From Camelus dromedarius (lineage: Eukaryota): a stretch of 64,000 nucleotides of DNA. Each line of letters opens with the position of its first letter. Positions within the stretch are counted from its first letter, which is position 1. Below are positions 1-11,835 of the stretch, piece after piece. Both the position numbers and the translations under genes were made by a program. Where the stretch lies: NCBI RefSeq assembly GCF_036321535.1, contig NC_087437.1, forward strand, positions 13,208,001 to 13,272,000, in the 5' to 3' direction. The notes beneath the pieces were generated by a model, which did no database searches, was not told the DNA's origin, and saw only the letters and a list, made by a program, of their open reading frames with translations.

Positions 1-289
1 ATGAGAACTAGTGGCCCACAAGCGGGCAAGTAGTGTTGATCCATCATTGCTCCCCTCTGAGTATTATATGAACCCTGGGGAGTTAGCAGTAGCTCTGGGG
101 AGAAATGGGAAGGGTCTTCCATCGACTAGAAAATCTTTTATGTGAATGCAATTACCTAAATTCATGGAGGTTAAATATCTTCCATCCAGGAGAATAGGGA
201 CTTGAAGTAGTTGAGTGATAGAAAAATTAAGATATATATACATTTGCATTCACACCTTAGTTTTTGACCTAAAAAATTAGAACCTCTTA

Positions 290-410
290 TACATTAATAA
301 TAACTGAGATTCCAAGTTGAAGTGAATTGCCCAAGGTCTCTGAAATAAAGCAGGAAAGCAGTGCTCCCACTCACGTTTTTGGACACCAACTGTAGCATTC
401 TTTGACTTGC
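290..410 (-). mobile_element. MIR SINE fragment
   Basis: taactgagat..agtgaattgcccaaggtctc resembles the reverse-strand MIR core (aactgagg..agtgacttgcccaaggtcac). Confidence 0.45.
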
Positions 411-988
411 AGCATCCCACTGTCTCTCTGCAACCTGTTAGGAATTGCAACTAGCCCTGTGCAGCGTTTGGCACACAGCAGGTGCTAGATTAGTGCATGC
501 TAGTGAATGTTAATTGACCTATTTGTTGCACCCCTGAAGGTTGAATTAGCTGCACACACAAAGCTGAAAGGTTTTAGTCCTGGGTTTTAATTAGCAAACC
601 ATGATGAGCCTAAGTGCCTTAGAGAAAGGGAGAGAGGCAGCTAAGATGGATTTTGAATGATCAGAACTACTGATCTGTTTGCATGCATGATGCCAGAACC
701 TCGCTGCTGAATATTCCAGGAGCATTTTAACAGCCGAAGTGCTGGGCACAGAGCTGGAATCCGGAAACAACAGCCTGAGTGTACATCTCTTTCCTGCGAG
801 GACACCACCTACCATTGAGCCCAGACAGAAGGCCTCTCAGTTCTGAGGCTATTTTGGCGTAGCGTCTCCCCCACTGCTGTTTACCTCGCAGCCATGAAGT
901 CTGGGAGCCAGACCAATTCATTTCATATTTCAAATGCAAAGTGTTTAGCATACTTACATTGATTTACAAAGTAAATTCTACTTCAGTT

Positions 989-1010
989 CACACACACACA
1001 CACAAACACA
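989..1010. repeat. short imperfect (CA)n microsatellite
   Basis: (CA)8 followed by AACACA. Confidence 0.9.
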
Positions 1011-1089
1011 GACCCAGAAAAATGCACATTTGCTGACAGATTTCTTAATTTATGGACTCATCTTAAGAGCTAAAAATGTAGTGCTTACA

Positions 1090-1460
1090 ATGAAGCTGTA
1101 CAAAAGCACAAACAACCCAAATGTCAAGGGGGAAATGGATAAAGAAACAGTGGTGCATTCATATGTAGAATGCTCCAACTAGTATAAAAGAATAAACTAC
1201 TTATGCATACAATAGCATGGAAGAATCACAAACAATTACGCTGAGCAAAAGGGACCAAGTGCAAAACACAAAACAAGACATTTACACAAAGTTTTAGAAC
1301 AGGCAAAACAAGTATTTGGTGAAAAATAACAGATAAGTGGTTGCTTCTAGAATAGGGCTGCCTGAGAAAGGGCACGAGGGACAATTCTGGAATGAGATAA
1401 CTGTACACTTAGGATCTTGGAATTTTACCATATCTTAATTATACCACAATGAAAATAAAT
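1090..1460 (+). mobile_element. old L1M (L1MC/ME-type) 3' fragment
   Basis: aaacaacccaaatgtc..aatggataaa..tggtgcattcata..gcatggaagaatcacaaac..aacaggcaaaac, typical of the old L1 3' region. Confidence 0.75.
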
Positions 1461-1814
1461 CAATTAGATGAAAAAGCGAAGCTCTAATAAATGATTGGCG
1501 AAATGATCGCAGGTGAAGACGTCAAGAGACAGCTTACAACAGTGATGTCATTGTTTGCATTGTCTCAAGGCCACATCTACTTTCTTCAGCAACCCTGGAC
1601 TCCATTGAAAGAAACGTTGGGTAGTTTTCTTAGTGGACAGATATTGGGTAACATAACTCTTTGGATGATTTGTCACTGGCTCTGTAGAGGACATTTTAAG
1701 CCATTTTTAATATAACAAGCTTATTATAGTGCAACTTACACAACTGAAGATATCAGATTAGAACAGGTGTTTGCCATAAAAATCAACTGAACATTTTTTT
1801 TCCAAATCATCCCC

Positions 1815-2045
1815 CTTTCTTTTATTTTGCTTTATTTTATTTTATTTTTTTCTAGGGTGACTTTTTTAAAACATTGAATTATAGTTGATTTACGATATTA
1901 TAGGTTTCAGGTGAACAACATAGTGATTCACAATTTTTGAAGGTTATACTCCATTTATAGTTTTTATAAAATATTGGCTATTTCCCTGGGCTGCACAAAT
2001 CTATCTCTGTAGCTTATTCATTTTATACATAGTAGTTCGTACTCG
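1815..2045 (-). mobile_element. L1 3' end (artiodactyl/laurasiatherian type)
   Basis: T-rich tail then attgaattatagttgatttac..tttcaggtgaacaacatagtgattca; similar to the copy at 25133-25605. Confidence 0.8.
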
Positions 2046-2064
2046 CCTCCTCTTTTTTAAAGGA

Positions 2065-2265
2065 ACTTGGAGTCCAAGTTTGCAGATGAAATTGTGATAT
2101 TTTGAGTCTTGATCTGACTCCTGGTTTGTTATTTAACTTTCTGATCTTGCGTATAATGGCACCTAGTCTGAGGTTATTGTGAGGATCGAATTGAGTGCCA
2201 CATATGTGACAATGCCTTGAGACTCATAAAGCACTCTCTGAATGATGCTGTTATGGCCATTATTA
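2065..2265 (+). mobile_element. MIR SINE
   Basis: tatttaactttctg..ggttattgtgaggatcgaattgag MIR core and 3' part. Confidence 0.55.
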
Positions 2266-2649
2266 CCACTTAAATTAATACGGAAACCTCAACTGGAATT
2301 TTTACCTCTAAGTTAGAAGGCTAGAGATACCTTAGTTATGACATGTTAAATAGGTATGGTGCACTCCTACAGTGACTGACTGATTTCATGTAAAAATTGT
2401 AACTTGCTTATTTGACTGTATATATTTCCTCATCTTTACCCCACACACCAGCACATTTTCCATTCACCCCAGTCTTCAGCAATAATCCACAGAAAAACAC
2501 CACTACATCTTCATTTAAACCTTATTTTGACAAGCACCAGGGTGGGTGGGGTGGATGTTGGGGTGCTGCATGACGAGAAAGGATGCATCGGTCCCTTTAA
2601 ATCACTGCTTTGGCTTGTTTCAATGTAAAATACTTAGGATTTTCATTTT

Positions 2650-2662
2650 TGCTGAGTCAGCT
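2650..2662. promoter_or_regulatory. near-perfect palindromic MARE (Maf/NRF2/BACH site)
   Basis: TGCTGAGTCAGCT matches 12/13 of the T-MARE TGCTGAGTCAGCA and has a 5' T-rich flank; function untested. Confidence 0.4.
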
Positions 2663-3209
2663 CATTTGTTTCCCTCCCCTCCCCTTCCAATTATTTTTTG
2701 ATAGCTGCGTTTGCTGAACAATTTTACTTTAGCATCATTAAAAAAAGGAATACCAGGTAAATAGAATTTGACGCCATCTGCTTGGAACTTAGTCGTGATG
2801 TATTGGTGCCTTTTTCTAGATGATGAAAACTTGGAAATGCTAAGTGGATGCTGAAAGCAATATTGCAGTAATTTGATGCACAGGTAGCTAACGCACTGCT
2901 GGCAAGATGGACAAGGGAATTTAAAGGCTGCATGTAACTGCCTTAGGCTTTAGAAAATTAAAGAACTCCAGTGAGAGAAGAAGTTCCTCCAGGTTTCTGG
3001 CTTTTCGTTAGTAATCCACGTGAGGAATCTGAGCACATTTAGTGCACATTATTAGCCAAATACCTCTAGGAATAGTAGAATGGATTAAAGAGAACAGATT
3101 TTGTAATCCTCATGTAAGCTTAGCAGCTCTCTTCATAAGAGAAAATAATGTGCAGATTCAAATGCTGCAGAAAGATATGGCTATTAACTTGATATTAAAA
3201 TGAGAAGCA

Positions 3210-3790
3210 AGTTGGCATAGTGTTTTCAAGTGTGGGCTCTGTAATTTAATAGGACTCTGTTCAAATGTTTAGTCTATCATTACCTTGATATGTGATCTAT
3301 AGGTAAATAGACACTCTTAAGCTTCAGTTTCTGCATCTGTAAAATGGGAGTATTTGTAGTAATTTTCAGTTATTGATTACTGTGAAACAAACCACCCCAC
3401 AACTTAGTAGCTTGAAACTATAATTTATTACATGGTCATGTGGGATAACCAGGTGGTCCTTTTGCTTCACGTGGTATCGGATGTGGCGTCATCTAGGAAA
3501 GCCAGAGTCGTCTGGAGGCTAGACTGGAAACTCAGAGCTGTTGACTGGGGGTCCTTGGTTCTCCCTCGCATCACATGGCATCTGAGTTTCAAGAAAGAAT
3601 ATCCCCAAAGTAAGCATTTCAAGAAGGTGAAAGAGGAAGCTTTCAGGCCCGTTGAGGGCTAAGCCCAGAATTGGCACAGCACCATTTTCACTGTATTCTA
3701 TTGATTGATTATGAAGATTAAATAAGATGTGAGCATTTCACACAGACCTTAGTTCATTCCAAGGGTTTATTCAGTTGTTGCTAATGTTGA
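3210..3790 (+). mobile_element. MIR split by an MLT1 insertion
   Basis: ctcttaagcttcagtttctgcatctgtaaaatgggag before about 3365; gattatgaagattaaataagat resumes at about 3707. Confidence 0.65.
3366..3706 (-). mobile_element. MLT1 (MaLR) LTR fragment
   Basis: tcagttattgattactgtgaaacaaaccaccccacaacttagtagcttgaaac..ggaagctttcaggcc..ttcactgtattctattg. Confidence 0.75.
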
Positions 3791-3922
3791 TATTATGCCA
3801 GGACTACCATAACTTAGATGAGAGGAGACGGCATTAAAGCATCTAAAATTAAGGCTTGGGAGACTGAAATATACATAGTGATTATGTATTTAAGATCATT
3901 AAAAAAGTTAAAATGGAGTAAC

Positions 3923-4372
3923 TGTGGTTCAGACATCCAAAAGGGAGCAGGGTGGCCCTTGCAGATGTGCTTTCAGACATGTTCCTGCATCACTGAGAAC
4001 ATGTGTTTTCTGAACGCAGACTCAGGGACACATGCATCATTTTCACAACAATATCTGCTAGTACCTGCTAGCTGCAACCTGGTAGCTTCAAAGTCCCCGC
4101 CCCCTGCCCTCACAGCCATGCAACTGTTTTGAACCCCAGCCAATCCTTGTTCAGAAAGCACCCTCGCTTCTTGCCAGCTCAAATTCTAACTTTCGACAAT
4201 TTGTGTGACTTTGCGAGGTTTTGTAGACTCTATAAACCTCCCCTGTTTTGTAGGCCAGCAGAACACAGTTCAAGTGCTTTTGAATCTGTGTCTCTTGGGC
4301 TGCAGTCCTGACACCTCAAGTAAATGCATCTTTATTTCCATCAGATCTTCATTTCTGAAATTCTGGTTAACA
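3923..4372 (+). mobile_element. ERV1-class solo LTR (MER34/MER39-like)
   Basis: TG start and ggttaaCA end; GC box ~4095, CCAAT ~4140 and TATAAA 4231-4236 in U3 order; no clear TSD. Confidence 0.6.
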
Positions 4373-4384
4373 ATAGCACCATGA

Positions 4385-4690
4385 AAGTGGGTCTTTAAAG
4401 GTTATCTGGTCAACCACCCTCTTTTTATAATTAGGGAAACTGATACCCAAAGGCAAGCATGACCTGCTGACGATCACACAGTTCATGGCAGAGTGTAGTT
4501 TGAAAACTAGTCTACCTGGTTCATTGCTCTTTACAGTGAGCAAACGTCTTTCCTTCTCCAGGACTTCAGTTCCTCCAGTTATAAGTTGAGGAGAATAATA
4601 AAACACTTTTCTTAAAATGCCATTGTAAGGATTCGGTGAATTCATGGATGCAAAGTGCTTATTACAATGTCTGATAATAGCTACATTCTC
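4385..4690. mobile_element. two MIR fragments in opposite orientation
   Basis: gggaaactgata..cacacagttcatggcagag on the minus strand, then cttcagttcctccagttataag..ttgtaaggatt on the plus strand. Confidence 0.55.
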
Positions 4691-5059
4691 AATAACTACT
4701 TGATCCTGCTTCCACAACAATTATTTTTTTCTACTATTATTTTCATCCTTACTATTATTCCATGCTGTCTTTGGAGGGTCTTGAACACATATTTGCATTG
4801 ATGTTCTGGATTTGGGGTCCAAGATGACCCTTTGCAATATCTCCCCTAACGTAGGAGTTTGACATTAATTGAGGCTGAAATCAACTTTGCTACACTCAGC
4901 CTCCTTCCCAGGTCTGTAACCTTTGCTACCTGTGCAGAGGTCACAAGCTATACACTGCACTCAGGGTGTGACACTTCAGAGTGAAGCTGGTTATTTTCTG
5001 CAACTACAATGCAAAGCAGCCAGCCTTATGCTTTAAACACCATCTATAGACTGACAACC

Positions 5060-6075
5060 CCTGTGATTCAGTCTGTAATTCAATATCCAGTTGTCTATTC
5101 AGCAGCATTCTTTGGATGCCCAAGACTCATCTCAAACTTAAAATGGACAAAATTGAACTTCTGAACTTTGCACTAAAACCCCTTCCTTTCCATTTGCTCA
5201 GGCTGTAAGATGAAAAGCCAAACAACTTAGTGTTACTCACTCCTCTCTTTCCCTTGGACATAACACTCTGTGTCCAATTTTTAAAAAGACCTGTTGGCTC
5301 TAGTTCCAAAATATACTCAGAATCTCAGTAATCCTTACCATCTGCATGGATACCAGCCTGGCCATCACCATCATCTCTTTCTAGGATTTCTGCCTTTTCT
5401 TGCCAACTGCTCTCCTGTTTTCTACCCTTGCTGCCCTAAAACTTACTCTCAACACAATAGCCAATGAGATCCTTTTAAAAACATATATTAGGTCTTTTGA
5501 CACCTTTACTCAAAACTCTGAAATAGTTCTCTCTACTCAGAGATAAAGTTCTTTCAGTCACACAAAGTTCTACCTGATCTGCCTGGTCCCCACTTTGCAA
5601 CTTTCTCTCCTCTAACACTTCCCCTCGTAGCCCCTCCTTTCCAGCCACACCAGCCTCCTTATTTGTTAGCAGACACACCAGGCGTACCCCAGCCTTGGCG
5701 TCTGTCTACCTGACCCTTCCACTTGGGACTCTCTTCCATTAAATGTCTGCTTAAACAACTCCCTCACTTTCTTCCTTCAAGTCTGCCTTTCAGTCTCATT
5801 TTCTCACTGCTAACAATCTTAACATTCTTATTTAATAATAAAGCCTGTCCCTACCCGTCTATACCACATTCCCCATCCTCTTATTTTCTGCTCTACTTTT
5901 TTTGCCTTTGCACATTTCACCTGCCAATCAGTGTAATTTACTGATTTATTAGGTTTCTTTTCTCTCTCTCTCTCCTAACTTGAATGTGAACTCAGTGAAG
6001 CCAAGGTTATTTAACCAATTGCCTAGAAAAGTGACTAGAAGTTATTGTTTAATAAATATTTGTTGTTGAATGAAC
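5060..6075 (+). mobile_element. L2 LINE 3' region
   Basis: catctcaaacttaaaatggacaaaattgaacttctg..ccagccacaccagcctcctt..aataaatatttgttgttgaatgaa (L2 terminus). Confidence 0.85.
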
Positions 6076-6609
6076 AATTCTAGAGTTAAACTAAAGGAAA
6101 CTGGCATTGACCCAAAAAATGCTACTTCTGAGTCTACAGTGTCCCTGATGTTCTCAACCACTAACACAGCTTTCACACAAGCTCTCCAGAGTGACTCCCA
6201 AAGCTTTGTTTTCCCAACTCCTGTCTCTGTCTCCTACACCTCACTTTAATACGCAACCCCCTAACAGATTATTCCATATGGATATCCAAAAGGCACATGA
6301 AATTTAGCATGTTGAAATTTTAATTCTTCACCCATATATCTTTTCTTTCTTCTTCCATGGGCATTATCTCAGAGGATGGCACCATTCATGCAATTCAGAA
6401 ACCACTGAGGTATAATTTAATCAGAATGAGCCCTCCTCATGGTAAGTAGAGTTAGAGTAAGCACAAAAATAATGCGGCACGACTTTTTAAAAAGTTTCTG
6501 TTTTAGTCAAAAGTCTGCAGAGATTCAAATTTAATCATGCCTATGGAGAGATGAAAATGAGTTAAAGTTGTATGCAAAGGTTTAATTTTAGTGGTAGAAT
6601 GCTGAATCT

Positions 6610-6772
6610 CTTTTTAAATTTTTATTTTATGTATTTATTTGTATTTATTGGGGAGATTATTAGATCTATTTATTTATTATTGTTTTTTTTTTTTAACGGA
6701 GGTACTGGGGATTGAACCCAGGACCGAGCATATGCTCAGCATGTGTTTTACCACTTGAGCTGTGCTCTCCCC
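6610..6772 (-). mobile_element. camelid tRNA-derived SINE (vic-1-like)
   Basis: Minus strand reads GGGGAGAGCACAGCTCAAGTGG..GGTTCAATCCCCAGTACCTCC (A and B boxes) plus an A-rich tail; degenerate TSD gtggtagaatgctgaatct / gtgataggacattgaatct. Confidence 0.85.
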
Positions 6773-6799
6773 ATGTGATAGGACATTGAATCTTATTTA

Positions 6800-7210
6800 G
6801 GTAAGGAAGAAATCGAGGGCATTGGAGAAGGGGTATTGGACAGTGAAAAAGGGTAGAGTAACTAGATTGGAAGATGGCAGAACTGAATAATTGTTAGAAC
6901 CAAGAAATCAGAAGGCGTAGTCTAAAAATATAGAAATATTTGGAATTTTGATTTTGGAAACGATCCAGCTAAGATATAAGTTGTAGGCTATAAGCATGGG
7001 AATAGGGGAAGAGGTGGCAAAGAATACAAGAAAATTGGAAGTGAGGAAGTAACAAGTAGAGAGGCCAGAGCATTGGCTATATTATCTGTGGGCTCCGTGA
7101 TGTCATCAGAGAGGATGGCAGGTGTAATAGTGGAGAGTAAGATGGTAAAGTGCATGTCATTTCTCAGTGGCTATGACGGAATGACCAGGATTCAGTGGAT
7201 AACTTCAGAC
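6800..7210 (-). mobile_element. L2 internal (ORF2 region) fragment
   Basis: gtgaggaagtaacaagtagagaggccagagcattgg..gatggcagg resembles antisense L2 internal sequence. Confidence 0.55.
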
Positions 7211-7494
7211 TTACGTAAACCAAGAAATCACCCTGAACTAGTCACTGAACACTAGTCATTGTCCAAAATCTATTAATTTCCCTCCAGTATAGCTTTAGAA
7301 TCCATTCACTTCTCCTGACATCTTATACTACTACCTTAGATAATATTTATGACATTTTAAACTCAGGTCATTGCAACAGCCTCTTAATTGGTCCTCTAAG
7401 CCTCTAGGAGTCCTAAGATGATTTTTAAAATGTGAAATAATTCAAAACAGTAATAAGTGAATAAGTGACATTTGTCTCAGGGTCAGATGGTGGT

Positions 7495-8195
7495 AATACA
7501 GTGAACACAACTGAATGCCTACCCTGCATCCACTGCCAAATTCTTTCTTTTTAACAGGAAGCTCCTTTTTTATTTTGTTCAGATACCCACCCTTCCTCCT
7601 GGCAGTCAAATATCTAAGGGAAAGCTGAAACCACTTTCTGAGCCAAAGAATGTTTGATTAGGTTAAGGGCAATTTTTCTCCAAGAGGGTCTCGACATTCT
7701 TGGTGGTACCATTCTTGCGTGTGAAAGGCTGTCCACGTGTTATTGGGCATTTAGCAGTCTAGATATTTCCTGCTAAATATTAAGAGCCATCTAGTCATTG
7801 TGAAACCCAAAGACATCCAAGAGTATTCTTGTCTAATTTGTGAACCACTAGTCTAAGAGTTCAAAGTAGGCATGGGATCCAATTCTGATGATCAAGAAAT
7901 AAAGAAAATTCCATTGAGGAACACCTAGAAAAAGTTTTTTTCACATCAAAAAGAGAGATGCCTTTTTCCTCTCCATTATGTCATGTCGACACTGATCACC
8001 ATTCTGAAAATGAAATTACCCCCCGGTTTCATGGACTGGAAGACTAGCAAAACCCGAGATCCTTGACTTTCTAAATCAGGTAACACTAATCCCATACTAT
8101 CTTGGGATTTCCTTTTATGTTAGAGAACAGAATTTCTAACACTTAACCAGGCTGAAATAACATTTCTTCTACTTACTGCTAAAATCACTCTAAAT
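7495..8195 (+). mobile_element. ERVL LTR (LTR16-like), interrupted by a MITE
   Basis: gcctaccctgcatccactgcc..ttaacagg..ggcatgggatccaattctg..ttttcttctacttactgctaaaatcactctaa. Confidence 0.5.
7669..7850 (-). mobile_element. MER20-like hAT-Charlie MITE
   Basis: gacattcttgg..ggctgtccacgtgttattgggcatttagcag..gtgaaccacta follows the reverse MER20 layout. Confidence 0.6.
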
Positions 8196-9553
8196 AATCT
8201 GTATAATATACTTGGTCCTTAAGCCTTCCCAGAAGAAAGGGGAATTTTCCACCAGAGAGCTCATTGTCTTTGAGAGGTAAAACCAAATCTGTATTACAAG
8301 GCATTTCTCTCTCTCTTTCTATTCATAATCCAACACGTAGAATTGATCTAAGAGCAGAGAAAAATCATTTGGAAAAAAATAGCATGCAGCTTTGTTGGCT
8401 CAACCAAGTGTATATTCATTTCTTTGTTGGAGGGAAGGAAAAATCAGCTTCCATCTCCTACAGCTTACTGGTAGGATTAGTCCTTTGCTATTTCTAGATT
8501 AATCTACAATCTGCATTATTCCTCTTCCCTACTCCCTCTTTTCTTTTAATGTAAGGTGACCACTTTTTTGGGCAGCTGGAATTAAGGTAAACCTCAACTT
8601 TTAGGGGACATGAGCAATGAAGTAAGTGAAAATAACCTTTCGGTGACCACAGGGGAGAAATATCCAGAGAAAGAGCTCTCTGCATCTATAAACAGAAGAA
8701 AGGAAGCGCTAAGTACTCATCATGACCAGCTTCACAGTTTAGATTTGCTGTTGAATCACTAGCCTCAGGTAGGGACAGCCTGTAACGGCGCAAACCAGAG
8801 GCAAGCAGGGAAACTCGGCTGAAAGTAAAGACCTTCTCCAAGGTCGGTCTTCCTTCTGCATAATTCAAGGTGTAACTTACATAGAAGCACTGGTTGTAAA
8901 GAACTTGTGCAGAAATAGGAAGTGTGTCGTTTGATGTGTTCCTTTTGGAAAGGCCTCTGTCTAGTGGATCACAGTGGACAAGGGCTTCAGTTCCCCAGGT
9001 CGTGAGTCTGTTCCTTGAAGAAGACAGGAAATTGGGCCATAAACTTCTTCCTGGAACATGTCAATGAGAGAAAAATCTATATTCCTTTGAAGACCATTTG
9101 GCAACTCACTGCACATTCCTGAAATGTAGTCACTCTGTTTTTACAGCACTTAGACAATTGAAATTGCTTGGCAGTAGAAGGAGGAGATGGAGGGTGAGGA
9201 AGAAGCTGGCTTGGATGGCAGGAATGAGGGCTTCAGGGGAGGAAGACTGGAGGCTCCAAAACAGTCCTATAAGAGTCTTAACTGCCATCACTCTCCCTCT
9301 GTCCGCTCACACAAAGCGCTTCTCTGTAAGCCCGCTTTACATTTAGAGACAGCTCCTCTGTCTCTAGCAAGCTCTATGGGTCCCAGGCACTAACCAGACA
9401 ATATTCCACTAGCGCGATACAGTCTAGCATTTCTCATCTTGCTCCGCTATTTATCTGAGTAGGGATTAGAAGTTCTCTGTTTTTTTTTTTTTATAAAAAT
9501 CATTTATTATGTCCTTCCATTCTTCCAAGGGTTAATATTGTCTATTGTCCATC

Positions 9554-9960
9554 TGTAGTGGATATCTGTCTTTTTTTCTTCCTTCTTTCCTTCCTTCCCT
9601 TTTTCTTTTTTCTTTTTTGACTGCCTTGCATCTCATCCTCAATCCTATAACTGGAAGATTCCAGAACCCACTTCTCACTACAGAAACAGGAAATTGGAGA
9701 CCCTAGTCACACACGTTCAGGAAAGGCTCAGACATGAGCCAGTTTGACACACAGATGGACTTGCACAAGACTTTGAATCCAGAGATGGTTATAAACGAGA
9801 GCAGTAGAGGAGAATCCTTTCTGTAGACACGTCAGTGTCCCCTTCTCGGTGCAGCACTGCCAGCAGCAGCAAGCTGTGTCCCCTTCCAGGAGGGGACAGT
9901 GTTGTGTCAAGTGGGTATCCAGTATCTGACCGCAGTCATTGGCTTCTGCAGCATGGCCGT
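9554..9960 (+). mobile_element. possible ancient ERVL LTR fragment
   Basis: Starts tgtagtggatatctgtc..ttttgactgccttgcatc, resembling old ERVL LTR starts. Confidence 0.35.
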
Positions 9961-10105
9961 GATGAGCCTGGCTACCTAATGACTCTGCCGGGTGCTGTGT
10001 TTAGTTCTTAATGCAACATGCTTTTCTATATCTTTTACTATGTAGTTTATGACCCGTTAAAGTTTTCTACGGTCTTTTGGATTCATGTTCTGTCTTGTGA
10101 AGAAT

Positions 10106-10285
10106 CAGTGGTTCTCAGCGGGAGAGGATTTTATCCCATGGAGGATACTTGGCAATGTCTAGAGAGATGATTGGTTATCACGGCGAAGGGGGTGCTACTG
10201 ATATTTAGTGGGAGACCAAGGCAGCCTACCACAGCAAAAATCATCCACTCGGAAATTTCAGCTGTGCTGGGGTTGAGAAAGGCAG
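10106..10285 (+). mobile_element. MER20 hAT-Charlie MITE (internally deleted)
   Basis: cagtggttctca..ttggcaatgtctagaga..gggggtgctactg..ggttgagaaa. Confidence 0.85.
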
Positions 10286-10699
10286 CCGCTTTTAGAGACA
10301 GACAGCTGTGGGCTTCTGTCCCCAGCTTGTTTGTCTACCACTGTGGTTTTCACATTTATGTGCAATGTGGGAAACTGCAGTTACCACATTTATGAAAGGG
10401 GTGATGTTTGTTGTTAGAACCAAATGGAAATACGTAGAAGGTCCAGGCTTTTTACAGCCAGTGTGCTGCACGTGTTTGTTCTCTTCTCCCTGCTTGTCTT
10501 TCATTCCTGATTTTCTCCTGTGTTATGGAGAGGAGTTGGGAATTTGCTTCAAGTTCTGTCGTCCTCGAGATTCTTCATTTTGTTTTAATCTTACCATCCT
10601 TTGTAACTGAGTTTCACTTCCTCAGACAAGGTGAAGTCTCCTTTATCAGCTCTCTGTGCAACATCAAGCCGGACCACATAGTACATAGCCTCATGTTAA

Positions 10700-10850
10700 T
10701 TTCACTGTCGATTTTACAGTGCGTATTTCCCACTTAAAGTCAAATGTCCATGAAGGTGGGGCTCATACCTTACGATATCATAGAGCCTAACACTCTGCAA
10801 TGGTACATGGTGAGTGCTGTGATTGTTTGCTGATAACTCTGTTGAATGAA
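10700..10850 (+). mobile_element. L2 3' end
   Basis: tccatgaaggtgggg..agagcctaacac..tgttgaatgaa. Confidence 0.55.
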
Positions 10851-11364
10851 ATATTTCATCAGCCAGCCCTAACTGTCGATACAACTGCTCAACTATGCAG
10901 TCATTCTGGAGAAGGGCAACCCTTTTGAAGGCTTTTCCTATTTATCCTCACTTCCCTTCCATTATATACTCCCTCCTGCCATATTCTTTTTTTGACCAGG
11001 TAGCATTTCATCGCATTGTGTTTTGGTAATTGACCTAGAAGCAAAACAAATTCAAGGAATGGGATGAAATTGAGACTTCTTGCCTTCCTCTTTGCAAAGC
11101 CACCCCACTGTCCCTCCAAATGTACTTGTTCATTTTAACAATGTCCTACTGTTGTTTTACCCAAAGTGTTGATTCTAAAGAGGATGTTTTTGGATCAGAG
11201 GAAGGAGGGTGAGCGGTACCATGGACAGTTTGTGTCATGAATGGCTGTTGGGAACTCTCTTAGTTGATCTCCAAGTGAGTTGTAGCTACAGTTAATTTAT
11301 CTGATTCTTCCCACTACCTCTTCCACTCCTCAGTTCCAATCTGCAACTCAAAATCTTATTACTT

Positions 11365-11835
11365 GGTTTTTTCTTATTTTATTGAGGTATAATTGGTATA
11401 TGACACTGTGTAAGTTTAAGGGGTACAGCATAATGACTTGACTCACATACATTGTGGAATGATTACCACAATAAGTTTAGTAAGAAAAATCCATCATCTC
11501 TTCTAGATACAAAATAAAAGAAAAAAAAAGATTTTTCCCTTGTGTTGAGAACACTCCTCTCTCCTCTGGCAACCACCTGTTTGTTCTAGTATCTATGACT
11601 CTGTCTATGTTTTGTTATATTTGTTCATTTGTTTTTTTTTTTTTATGTCCCACATATAAAGGAAATTATACAGTATTTATCTTTCTCTATTTGACTTATT
11701 TTACTTAGCATAATACCCTCAGGGTCTATCTATGTTGTCACAAATATTTTTAGTGGCTGAATAATATTTATATATATATATATATAAAATATTCCAATAG
11801 ATAATAATATATATATATTCATATCTTCTTTATCT
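11365..11835 (-). mobile_element. L1 (L1MA-type) 3' end with internal deletion and a (TA)n tract
   Basis: ttttattgaggtataattgg..tgattaccacaataagtttagt..tggcaaccacctgtttgttct..gacttattttacttagcataataccctc. Confidence 0.85.

Noticed and set aside
6698..6772. tRNA-like sequence with A and B boxes (also at ~55445-55520 and ~60133-60208)
   Set aside because: Followed by A-rich SINE tails and diverged among copies; these are SINE heads, not tRNA genes
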